A DNA stretch of 62,915 nucleotides, the filler included. It is 3 parts of 3 records of this genome, joined end to end, with 100 filler letters (N's around TTAATTAATTAA, not from the genome) between each part and the next. Parts side by side here need not be neighbours in the genome. Positions count along the whole stretch, not along the records: positions 26,050 to 48,929 come from SRR31156797_1589; 2 more parts are not named here. The stretch is one strand, 5' to 3'. Under the pieces are notes generated by a model. It saw nothing but the letters and a program-made list of their open reading frames with translations, had not been told where the DNA came from and searched no databases. The position numbers and the translations under genes were made by a program. Within the stretch, counting starts at the first letter, position 1. The number at the start of each line of letters is the position of its first letter. This document shows, in pieces, positions 29,412 through 38,628 of this stretch.

Positions 29412-30878
29412 ATGTCACAATTTGATATAACTCATAAGGATGCGGCAGGACGTATCGGTAAATTAACAACCCCTCACGGAGTGGTTGAGACACCTACTGT
29501 GATGCCTGTCATCAATCCTAACATCCAGACCGTCAAGCCTTCAGAGATGAAGGATTTCGGTGCTGAGATACTTATCACTAATTCATACATCATCTATCGC
29601 AAGGATGAGTTAAGGGAAAAAGCACTCAAGGACGGTTTGCATGCATTGCTTGATTTTGATGGTCCTATCATGACTGATTCAGGTTCCTTCCAGCTTTCCG
29701 TCTACGGTGAAGTTGAGGTCACAAATGAACAGATCATTGACTTCCAGCAAAAGATAGGAACAGATATCGGTGTACCCCTTGATATTCCCACACACCCGGA
29801 TGTCTCCTATGAGAAAGCAAAGGAAGACATGGACATAACCATAGACCGTCTCAAGGAAGCAAGAGGGCTTGTGAAAGATGGGATGCTCCTTGCAGGTCCC
29901 GTACAGGGTGCTACTTACAAGGATCTTCGCGAAGAATGTGCCCGTGAGCTTTCAGATGTTGGCTTTGATGTCTATCCATTCGGAGCTGTTGTCCCATTGA
30001 TGGAATCCTACCGTTATGCGGATCTTGTGGATGTCATTGCTTCAGCCAAGAAGGGTCTTGACCCCACAGCACCGGTCCACCTCTTCGGAGCCGGACATCC
30101 AATGATGTTCGCACTTGCCGTTGCACTGGGATGCGACCTGTTCGACTCGGCAGCTTATGCACTTTATGCAAAGGACAGACGCTACATCACTTCAAGAGGC
30201 ACGTATCATGTGGACCAGCTCAAATATCTGCCATGTTCATGCCCGGTATGCATGGAATACACGGCAGAAGAATTGAAAAAGGCGCACAACTGCACCGAGC
30301 TTATTGCAAGGCACAATCTCTACGTCACATTCGAAGAGGTGCGTGAGGTCAAACAGGCCATCTGGGAAGGCAACCTGCTGGAGCTTGTTGAACAGCGCTG
30401 CCGCTCACACCCAAGGATGCTGGAAGCACTGAAACAGATGTATACTTATTCTCCGTGGCTGGAAGAGTGTGATCCTTCATCCAAGTCCACTTTCTTCTAC
30501 TGCGGACCGGAATCTGCAAAAAGGCCTGAGGTACTGCGATTCAATAAACAACTGGAGAGACTTAGCATCGAAGGTTCTGTGCTCATCAGGGCTTATCCGA
30601 CAAAGATCGACAAAGAGTATGACAATGTCATGATGTTCAAACCGCCATTCGGTTCATATCCTCTGGAACTTGCAGAGGTCTATCCTTTCAATGCGGAAGT
30701 TGTAAGGACACCTGACCACGAGTCACTTGAAACTGCCTATCAGAATACAATCAAGCTGGTGGAACTGAACCCTGATGCAAGCTATACTTTCCTTATGAAT
30801 GACAGGTTCAAACATCCTCTGGTAGAAAAACTTGCAGAAATGGACAACTTTACAGTTGTTCCTCCGAAGAGCGATTGA
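29412..30878 (+). CDS. tgtA: Archaeosine tRNA-guanine(15) transglycosylase, short form without the C-terminal PUA region
   Basis: ETPTVMPV, ITNSYII, MTDSGSFQL, HLFGAGHP, FDSAAY, Zn motif CSCPVC..HN. Confidence 0.93.
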   Translation: MSQFDITHKDAAGRIGKLTTPHGVVETPTVMPVINPNIQTVKPSEMKDFGAEILITNSYIIYRKDELREKALKDGLHALLDFDGPIMTDSGSFQLSVYGEVEVTNEQIIDFQQKIGTDIGVPLDIPTHPDVSYEKAKEDMDITIDRLKEARGLVKDGMLLAGPVQGATYKDLREECARELSDVGFDVYPFGAVVPLMESYRYADLVDVIASAKKGLDPTAPVHLFGAGHPMMFALAVALGCDLFDSAAYALYAKDRRYITSRGTYHVDQLKYLPCSCPVCMEYTAEELKKAHNCTELIARHNLYVTFEEVREVKQAIWEGNLLELVEQRCRSHPRMLEALKQMYTYSPWLEECDPSSKSTFFYCGPESAKRPEVLRFNKQLERLSIEGSVLIRAYPTKIDKEYDNVMMFKPPFGSYPLELAEVYPFNAEVVRTPDHESLETAYQNTIKLVELNPDASYTFLMNDRFKHPLVEKLAEMDNFTVVPPKSD

Positions 30879-31031
30879 ATATCGTTCTCTCTTCTTTTTT
30901 AAAGATATGCAATAGTCCGTCTCTAGTTTATATTACATCTTATTATTGCTTTATAAACACTGTTAACAATTTGATAAAATCAAAGCTATTAATGTCCTAA
31001 ATTACATATAAGAGTAAACAAATGTAGTTGC

Positions 31032-32291
31032 ATGGGAGTTATTTCTACTAGCGATCTATTGGACAATATGGATAGTTACAAGCTGATCGACATAAGATCC
31101 GTAGATGCTTACAATGGCTGGAAGGAGAATGGAGAACCAAAAGGTGGCCACATAAAAGGTGCAAAATCGCTGCCTTACAAGTGGTTACACTACATTGACT
31201 GGATAGAGATAGTCAGAAGCAAGGAAATCCTGCCTGAGGATTCCCTGGTAATTTATGGATATGATAAGGAGAGAACAGAAGAGGTTGCCAGGCAATTTGA
31301 AAGAGCCGGTTATCCTGAAGTAAGCGTTTTTAACTCTTTTTACGAGTGGTCGGAAAAGGATCTGCCAATGGAACATCTCGAAAGATACAGGCAGCTCGTT
31401 TCAGCAGACTGGCTGAATCAGTTGATCAGCACAGGCAATGCTCCTGAATATGACAACGATAATTTCGTGGTGTGTCATGGTCACTACAGGAATCCTTCTG
31501 ACTATGGCGAGGGACACATCCCGGGTGCAATATCTATTGATACAAATTCGCTTGAATCCACAGAGACATGGAACCGCCGTTCACCTGCAGAGATAAAAGA
31601 GACCCTGGAAAATGCAGGAATAACATCTGATACCACAGTGATACTTTATGGAAGATTCTCATTCCCAAACAACGATGATTCCTTCCCCGGAAGCAGCGCA
31701 GGCCATCTTGGTTCAATAAGGGCTGCATTCATAATGCTTTATGCCGGCGTGAAGGATGTTCGCATACTGAACGGTGGACTTCAGTCATGGCTTGACTCCG
31801 GCTATGATATAACAAAAGTGCCGGCCAGCAAAGACAGAGTATCTTTTGGCGTTGATATCCCTCAGAAACCTGAGATAGCTGTCGACCTCGAAGAGGCAAA
31901 AGATATTCTTGCTTCACCTGGCAAGAACCTTGTGTGCATCAGGAGCTGGACAGAATACATCGGCGAAGTGAGTGGTTACAACTATATCGAGAAAAAGGGC
32001 AGGATCCCTGGAGCAGTATTCGGTGACTGTGGCTCGGATGCCTATCACATGGAGAACTACAGGAATCTTGACCATACCATGCGTGAATATCATGAGGTTG
32101 CAGAAAGCTGGGAAAAGATAGGTATCACTCCAAATAAACGCAATGCTTTCTACTGTGGTACCGGTTGGAGAGGCAGTGAGGCCTTCTTCAATGCATGGCT
32201 CATGGGATGGGATAAGGCAGCAGTCTATGATGGCGGATGGTTCGAATGGAGCAACAATGATCTTCCATTTGAGACCGGGGTGCCTGAGTAA
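31032..32291 (+). CDS. eanB: Three-domain rhodanese sulfurtransferase, EanB-like (anaerobic ergothioneine synthase)
   Basis: GHIKGA and GHIPGA rhodanese motifs, SGYNY..KGRIPGA, active-site loop FYCGTGWR, YDGGWFEWS; coupled to an EgtD-type gene. Confidence 0.8.
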   Translation: MGVISTSDLLDNMDSYKLIDIRSVDAYNGWKENGEPKGGHIKGAKSLPYKWLHYIDWIEIVRSKEILPEDSLVIYGYDKERTEEVARQFERAGYPEVSVFNSFYEWSEKDLPMEHLERYRQLVSADWLNQLISTGNAPEYDNDNFVVCHGHYRNPSDYGEGHIPGAISIDTNSLESTETWNRRSPAEIKETLENAGITSDTTVILYGRFSFPNNDDSFPGSSAGHLGSIRAAFIMLYAGVKDVRILNGGLQSWLDSGYDITKVPASKDRVSFGVDIPQKPEIAVDLEEAKDILASPGKNLVCIRSWTEYIGEVSGYNYIEKKGRIPGAVFGDCGSDAYHMENYRNLDHTMREYHEVAESWEKIGITPNKRNAFYCGTGWRGSEAFFNAWLMGWDKAAVYDGGWFEWSNNDLPFETGVPE

Positions 32292-33253
32292 TGATTATTG
32301 AAGATTTCATGCCCCAAACAGGGGAAAGTTCAGTAAGGTTCAGACTGTTGGCTGGTCTGAGGTCAAGCCCTAAAACAATTCCTTCCATGTTTTTCTACGA
32401 CCATCATGGTTCGGAACTGTTTGAGCAGATAACAGGTCTGGAGGAATACTATCCTCCTAAAATCGAGATACCACTTCTTTCTTCAACTGCCAGAAAGTTG
32501 ATACATGAGCTCAAGAACTGCGATATTGTAGAGCTTGGAAGTGGGGACTGCTCGAAGATATCCATCTTTCTGGATGAAGTGCCGAAAGATATCCGTGCAA
32601 CTATGGCCTACTACCCGGTTGACGTTTGCAAAGAGGCCATTGAGAAATCTTCATGCAATCTTCATGCAAAATATCCAGAGATGGATATACATGGCATCAC
32701 TGCTGATTTCCTTGAACATATGGAGAAGATCCCGGGCAGCAGAAAAAGGTTCTTCTGTTTCTTTGGGAGCACAATAGGGAATCTCAGCGAGGCAAAGGCG
32801 ATGGAGTTCATGGATAATCTTGGAGAGGTCATGAACATCAACGACAGGTTGATCTTGGGTATGGATATGGTAAAGGATATTGATATTGTCGAGCGTGCCT
32901 ATAACGATGACAAGGGGATCACTGCGGAATTCAACAGAAACATACTGAATGTGACAAACGATCATCTCGGGACCAACTTCGATCCGAATGATTTTGAACA
33001 CGTGGCATTTTTCAACAGAGAATATTCACGGATCGAGATGCACCTGAGAGCAAAGAGGGACCTGAAAATAACGATTCCGGGTCAGAATGAAATGATCGTC
33101 ATTGGAAAAGGTGAGATGATCCATACTGAGAACTCTCATAAGTATACTGTTGGTGACATCAAAAGGCTGGCTGATTCAGGAGGACTTGATGTAGAGGAGA
33201 TCTTTACAGATGACAGGAAATGGTTCTCACTTGTTGAGATGGTGAAAAGATGA
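32291..33253 (+). CDS. egtD: L-histidine N-alpha-trimethyltransferase (EgtD/EanA)
   Basis: FYD..GSELFEQIT.LEEYY, ELGSG, GSTIGN, AYND..ITAEFN, RIEMHL, HTENSHKY. Confidence 0.92.
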   Translation: MIIEDFMPQTGESSVRFRLLAGLRSSPKTIPSMFFYDHHGSELFEQITGLEEYYPPKIEIPLLSSTARKLIHELKNCDIVELGSGDCSKISIFLDEVPKDIRATMAYYPVDVCKEAIEKSSCNLHAKYPEMDIHGITADFLEHMEKIPGSRKRFFCFFGSTIGNLSEAKAMEFMDNLGEVMNINDRLILGMDMVKDIDIVERAYNDDKGITAEFNRNILNVTNDHLGTNFDPNDFEHVAFFNREYSRIEMHLRAKRDLKITIPGQNEMIVIGKGEMIHTENSHKYTVGDIKRLADSGGLDVEEIFTDDRKWFSLVEMVKR

Positions 33254-34431
33254 TAGATGCAGCAAAAGATTTCCCCATACTTGAAAAAGAGGTATATGGA
33301 AAGAGACTTGTCTATCTTGATAACGCAGCAACGACCCAGAAGCCGGAGTGTGTGATCGACACGATCTCTGATCTCTACAGGTTGGACTACAGTAATATCC
33401 ATCGGGGAGTTCACTACCTGAGCGAGGTCTCAAGTGAGAAGTATGAGAAGGCAAGGGAGAAGGTCAGTGAGTTCATTGGTGCCAGACACTCTGCTGAAGT
33501 GACATTTACTGCCGGTACGACAGATTCCATTAATCAGGTTGCACGTTCCCTTGAACCATTTTTGAGGGGAAACGAGGTTATTGTTACGGGTGTGGAACAT
33601 CATTCTAATATCGTGCCATGGCAGATGGCAGGAGCAAAATTAAGGGCTATTCCCATAGATGATGATTGTAACTTGCTGCTGGATTCCATTGAGATAACTG
33701 GCAGGACGAAGTTGTTAGCTGTCAGCCATGCTTCCAATGTTCTTGGTTCTGTCAATAATATCAAAGAGATCACAAGTATCGCAAAGGATCATGATGTTCC
33801 GGTCCTGGTGGATGTTGCCCAGTCAGTGCAACATGTGCCTCTTGATGTAAAGGACATAGGCTGTGATTTTCTTGCCTTCTCCGGCCACAAGATGTATGCA
33901 TCCACTGGAGTGGGTGTGCTTTACACCAGCGAACGTTTCAGCGATATGATGCCAGCAAAGGGAGGAGGCGGTATGGTGGATAAGGTGACCCTTGAGAACA
34001 CTACCTATCTGGAACCTCCCCTGAGGTATGAGGCTGGAACACCGGATATCGCAGGAGCAATAAGTATCGGTGCAGCGATAGATTATATGCAGGGCATTGG
34101 TATGAAATATATAAAAAAGCATGAGCATGATGTCTATTCATATGCGAAGGAAAGGCTGCTCGAAATTGATGATATAACAGTTTACGGGAACACCGACGAG
34201 ATGTGCGGTGCCATCTCTTTCAATCTGAAAGGTGTCCATCACTATGATGCAGGCCTGATTATGGATAAGATGGGAGTCGCTGTCAGGACTGGACACCACT
34301 GTGCTCAGCCATTGATGAGGACCCTTGGGGTCGAAGGCACGGTAAGGGCAAGTTTTGCACTATATAATACTAAGGAAGATGTTGATATGCTGATCGAAGG
34401 CATAGAAAAAGTAAGGATGATGCACTCATGA
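33250..34431 (+). CDS. sufS: Class II cysteine desulfurase (SufS-like)
   Basis: YLDNAATTQKP, EHHSNIVPWQ, FSGHKMY, EAGTP, RTGHHCAQP. Confidence 0.93.
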   Translation: MIDAAKDFPILEKEVYGKRLVYLDNAATTQKPECVIDTISDLYRLDYSNIHRGVHYLSEVSSEKYEKAREKVSEFIGARHSAEVTFTAGTTDSINQVARSLEPFLRGNEVIVTGVEHHSNIVPWQMAGAKLRAIPIDDDCNLLLDSIEITGRTKLLAVSHASNVLGSVNNIKEITSIAKDHDVPVLVDVAQSVQHVPLDVKDIGCDFLAFSGHKMYASTGVGVLYTSERFSDMMPAKGGGGMVDKVTLENTTYLEPPLRYEAGTPDIAGAISIGAAIDYMQGIGMKYIKKHEHDVYSYAKERLLEIDDITVYGNTDEMCGAISFNLKGVHHYDAGLIMDKMGVAVRTGHHCAQPLMRTLGVEGTVRASFALYNTKEDVDMLIEGIEKVRMMHS

Positions 34432-34835
34432 GCGATGCCATTCAGGATGAGATTATAAAGGAGTTCGATGGTATGGAGTGGTTCGATAAGTATGAACTCC
34501 TGATATCCTCGGCAAAACAGGCTGAGACCATGGCCGAAGAGTTCAGGACAGAGGAGAACTCCATAAGTGGATGCCAGTCAAAGGTCTGGATAAGGAGTTA
34601 TATCAATGGTGATAGGCTGCACTTTGAGTATGACAGTGATGCCATGATCACAAAAGGCATCGTTGCCCTTGTACTCCGGGTGCTAAACGACCGCTATCCT
34701 CAGGAGATTCTTGACTCTGATCTGTATTTCATTGATGAGATAGGTTTGAAGTCGAATCTTTCTCCATCAAGGGCTGATGGTCTTATGTCGATTATCAGGA
34801 GGATTCGGGAGATTGCAGAAGAAAATCTCATGTAG
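34428..34835 (+). CDS. sufE: SufE-family sulfur acceptor protein
   Basis: GCQSKVW, DSDA.ITKG, LSPSRADGL. Confidence 0.9.
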   Translation: MSDAIQDEIIKEFDGMEWFDKYELLISSAKQAETMAEEFRTEENSISGCQSKVWIRSYINGDRLHFEYDSDAMITKGIVALVLRVLNDRYPQEILDSDLYFIDEIGLKSNLSPSRADGLMSIIRRIREIAEENLM

Positions 34836-35013
34836 GAAACTAGGGACTTGGCAGTATTAATTAAGAATGATGTTTATTTCTATTCTGTAGTAATTTATAT
34901 GCTCGATACGGAAATATTGTGGATATTACCAAACTACTCATTTATTCTTTTGTGTTAATATTTTGCAATAGGCACATATCATATTTATTTATGATAATGA
35001 CAAGTTAAATCTC

Positions 35014-36399
35014 ATGAAAGAAATGGAAATTGATGAAGATATTTTACTTGATTTGCTAAATATCATAAAAAAAACTGTTAACATTGAAAGAGAAAAAGGA
35101 AACATTCAGTTAGAAACGAATATAGTGCAAAAGTTTGAGGTTAGTAACTTTGGATATACTGACCGAGGATGCACTTCTCTAAGTGGTAGTTATGTTGATA
35201 TGTTGGATGAATCTTGGTCCGAATCCATAGATAAAGTTTATAATATAGTGTGCCTTACGAAAGAATATGCATTAGTATCAGATCATCTATATTCATTGTT
35301 CAATCAAAGAGAACCTTTCAATGGACTTTCTTCTTTTATTAAACGTTTAATTATTGAAAATATTTCCGATAATGGGAATTTAAATATAATTAATAATAGG
35401 TTACTTCACGATTATGTGAATGAACTAAAAGGTGGCCCCATTAAACAGACTGCAAAGGTGTATTTGCAAGGTATTATAATGGGGATTGACCAGATTCAGA
35501 TAAATTCACAATTGCTATTGAGAAGGCCAAAAAAAGAAGATTTTGAAAGCATGGTTTTAGCAGGCCACCCTCAAAGTACTTTTATTGATTTGTCTTGTAT
35601 TTCTGCTTTCCTGATAGTTCATGTTTTCGATAGAAATTTCCGTGTGCTTCAAAATGAAATAGAGAAAGCACTAATTCTTTTGCGGTTATTTAGGGTAGGA
35701 GGGGTAAGAGAAATTAGTTACAAAATAGAAACTGAATCATTTTTACCAAGAATGGATGGGGTGTTTACTTCCTCAACTAACAAAGAAAAAGCTTTTCACA
35801 ATTATAAATTGACTGAAGAGGATAATGAATTATTGTTTGATTTTTGCAAGGTTATGCATCCTCTAGTCTCTTCTCACTTTTCAAAAAATCAAAAAGAAGA
35901 TGCAATTCATATTTCTATATCATATCAACATTTCAGCGATTCACTCATTCCCCAAAGTAGCATTGAACATAGGATTGCAAGTGCAATCATGGGCCTTGAA
36001 GCATTATTTTTGAAGACAGATGAAAGAAGCGAGCTTAATTATCGTTTAGCATTTAGAATTGCTAAATTTATGTCTAAAATCCAAAAAGATCCAATTTTTG
36101 TCAAAGACTCTGTAAAAGATTCGTATTATATAAGAAGTGTATTCCTTCATGGAGATAAACTTTCAAAGACAAAAAAATACGAAGATAGGTATGGGGGTAC
36201 GAAAAATTTATTGCTAACAATACTTGGCTACCTAAGACTATCACTACTATTATTCTTATCAATTGATGCTAAAAAGCCAAACTTAATTGATTTAATTGAT
36301 AATTCATTAATAAGTGCTGATGCTGATCACCAATTAGCTAAAATCATCGAACAGTGTACTATTCTCAATATGCAGAAATTTTATCATCAATACTTTTAA
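35014..36399 (+). CDS. ApeA-like HEPN-domain protein (putative RNase / defence)
   Basis: C-terminal GLEALF...ELNYRL..RIA...YYIRSVFLHG (R-X4-H); AT-rich relative to its neighbours. Confidence 0.7.
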   Translation: MKEMEIDEDILLDLLNIIKKTVNIEREKGNIQLETNIVQKFEVSNFGYTDRGCTSLSGSYVDMLDESWSESIDKVYNIVCLTKEYALVSDHLYSLFNQREPFNGLSSFIKRLIIENISDNGNLNIINNRLLHDYVNELKGGPIKQTAKVYLQGIIMGIDQIQINSQLLLRRPKKEDFESMVLAGHPQSTFIDLSCISAFLIVHVFDRNFRVLQNEIEKALILLRLFRVGGVREISYKIETESFLPRMDGVFTSSTNKEKAFHNYKLTEEDNELLFDFCKVMHPLVSSHFSKNQKEDAIHISISYQHFSDSLIPQSSIEHRIASAIMGLEALFLKTDERSELNYRLAFRIAKFMSKIQKDPIFVKDSVKDSYYIRSVFLHGDKLSKTKKYEDRYGGTKNLLLTILGYLRLSLLLFLSIDAKKPNLIDLIDNSLISADADHQLAKIIEQCTILNMQKFYHQYF

Positions 36400-36487
36400 A
36401 AAGTAATACCTATCTCTCATATCCACACAACCCGAATACTAATATACAATACTGGTGATTAGAACCTATAATCTACAGGTGATATAC

Positions 36488-37453
36488 TTGGTTTCCACTT
36501 CAGGCTCTAAAACACGAAATCCCTATCTGGAAATGTTAAGGCCGGAGATAGCGGATATGGACTTTGCCCTTCCCGCAGCAAGTGCTTTGCTGGCTGCCTA
36601 TCTTGCTACAGGGTCTTTTCCTGCACTGATACCTTTCATTATAGCTGTTATCGGAGGTTATGCGGCCATCACAAGTTCCTATGTATATAATGACTACTGT
36701 GATGTCGATATCGATGAGATCAACCTCCCCAACCGTCCACTGGTATCCAACCGGCTCAGACGTTCTCAGGCTCTGAAGTACGCTCTTTTCCTTTTCATTG
36801 TTGCCAGTGTTGCTGCATTGGTCCTGAACATTGAGTCCTTTGTGGTGCTTCTCATAGCTGTGGGAACCATAAGTATTTACTCAGCAGTGGCAAAAAGGGC
36901 TACATTCCTGAGCTTTGTGCCGGTAGGTATAGCTTATGGCCTTGTTCCAATAGGTCTCTGGCTGGCATTTGATTCTGCCGGGCTCATTGAATATCCGGGG
37001 CTTTTTGGCGCTGTCCCTTCCTATGGGGATATACTTCCTGTCCCTGCGATCTTCCTTGGTCTGATGATGTGTTTTACTGACTGGGGATTCACACTTTCAG
37101 GTGTGGCAAGGGATGTTGAAGGCGACAGGGCAAGGGGTGCACCCACATTCCCTGTGACATTCGGTATTCCGGCAACTGCAAAGTTTGTGACCTTCATGTG
37201 GGTTGTAGGTGTAATTGCCTCCATTGCCATTGGCCTGACAGCAAAAATCGGCCCGATCTACTTTGCAGGAGCATTGCTTGCAGGTGGCTGGATGCTTACA
37301 CAATCATTCGATTTTATCAAGAACCCAACAGAGCAGCGTGGAGGAAGACTCTTCCTTCAGGGCTCCAGATACAGGGGCATAATGTTTGGTTCTCTCATAT
37401 TTGACGTAGTGCTTTGCATACTAGTGCCGGCATATTCCGGTATCTTATGGTAA
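36488..37453 (+). CDS. UbiA-family membrane prenyltransferase (probable TTG start after AGGTGA)
   Basis: NDYCDVDIDEINLPNRPL and RDVEGD aspartate motifs; multiple TM helices. Confidence 0.88.
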   Translation: MVSTSGSKTRNPYLEMLRPEIADMDFALPAASALLAAYLATGSFPALIPFIIAVIGGYAAITSSYVYNDYCDVDIDEINLPNRPLVSNRLRRSQALKYALFLFIVASVAALVLNIESFVVLLIAVGTISIYSAVAKRATFLSFVPVGIAYGLVPIGLWLAFDSAGLIEYPGLFGAVPSYGDILPVPAIFLGLMMCFTDWGFTLSGVARDVEGDRARGAPTFPVTFGIPATAKFVTFMWVVGVIASIAIGLTAKIGPIYFAGALLAGGWMLTQSFDFIKNPTEQRGGRLFLQGSRYRGIMFGSLIFDVVLCILVPAYSGILW

Positions 37454-37467
37454 TTTTGAGGTTCAAC

Positions 37468-38625
37468 ATGGATGCAGATATCATTGTAATAGGGGCTTCA
37501 CCTGCAGGGGTGATGGCAGCCCGGAACGCATCGAGAAAAGGATGCAAGGTCATATTGCTGGATAGAAAGGAAGCAGCAGGCGTACCGACTCACCCTGCAA
37601 ATACTTTTTTCAAAGGAATGTTTGACCGCACTGGTGAGGAAGTGGACCAGAGCTACGTTATCAAAAATCTCAAAGGTGCACACATCGTAGCGCCATCCGG
37701 CAAGAGTGTACTTTTTGAAGGCGATGCTTACTTCCTTGACCGAAAGAAGTTCGACGAATTCTACATCAAACAGGCAATCGATGCCGGAGTAGATGTTCGT
37801 TTTAGTATAGAGGTTCTTAATGTCCTCAGGACTGCTGATGGTTTTGTCGTTAGCACTTCAAAAGGTAAGGTTAAGTGTAAACTTGTAATTGTTTCAGATG
37901 GCATAAACTCAAGGATAAGCGGACTTCTGGGTCTGAAACCCATCAAGTATCCGGATGATATTGCCTGGTCACTGGAAGCGGAGATTGAGGCTGAAGGCAT
38001 TGGAGAACCCGATTACTTTGAATATTACGTGGGTAACCATGCCCCTGGCTGGAAATCCACATATTCTCCATGCGGTGGAAACAGGGCGACGCTTGGTATG
38101 TATGTTCGCAGACATGGTATGGATGTATCTGATTTCTTTGACACCTGGCTTGAAAGGTTCAAGAAAATAAAGGGACTGGATGATGTAAAGATCATCAGTA
38201 AATCCACGGGAGGAGATCCTATTGCTGCCATTCCTGGCAAGATTGTGGATGACGGTGTCATGGTAGTAGGTGGCTCTGCTGCACAGTCCGGTATAGGGTA
38301 CGGGATGCACGCAGGACAGATGTGTGGCAATGTAGCAGCCGATGCCATCAAGAAAGGCGACACTTCAAAGAGATTCCTGTCCGAATACAGAAAGCTCTGG
38401 AATGATGCTTACAGGACAGAGTACTATCTTGGAAGGTTTGCCCTTGAGACACTAAGGAAAATGAGTGACTGGGAAGTCAATGGGATGATGAAGGTCTTTG
38501 AAGGTGAGGATCTCACGGTACTTGGAGGTAGTCCCTTTAACCAGACACTACAGATATCAAAGATGATACTGAAGAACAATCCCTCTTCCATACTTTCATA
38601 CAGGGCTATCTTCAGGATGAAGTGA
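37468..38625 (+). CDS. Atypical geranylgeranyl-reductase-like FAD oxidoreductase
   Basis: DIIVIGASPAG..AA, LDRKKFD, VSDG.NS; the canonical GGR Cys and PxxYxWxFP motifs are altered. Confidence 0.78.
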   Translation: MDADIIVIGASPAGVMAARNASRKGCKVILLDRKEAAGVPTHPANTFFKGMFDRTGEEVDQSYVIKNLKGAHIVAPSGKSVLFEGDAYFLDRKKFDEFYIKQAIDAGVDVRFSIEVLNVLRTADGFVVSTSKGKVKCKLVIVSDGINSRISGLLGLKPIKYPDDIAWSLEAEIEAEGIGEPDYFEYYVGNHAPGWKSTYSPCGGNRATLGMYVRRHGMDVSDFFDTWLERFKKIKGLDDVKIISKSTGGDPIAAIPGKIVDDGVMVVGGSAAQSGIGYGMHAGQMCGNVAADAIKKGDTSKRFLSEYRKLWNDAYRTEYYLGRFALETLRKMSDWEVNGMMKVFEGEDLTVLGGSPFNQTLQISKMILKNNPSSILSYRAIFRMK

Positions 38626-38628
38626 GCA

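Noticed and set aside
29412-30878. tgtA lacking its C-terminal PUA region, as a possible pseudogene
   Set aside because: Split ArcTGT is a known arrangement in Methanosarcinales, and the catalytic and Zn motifs are intact.
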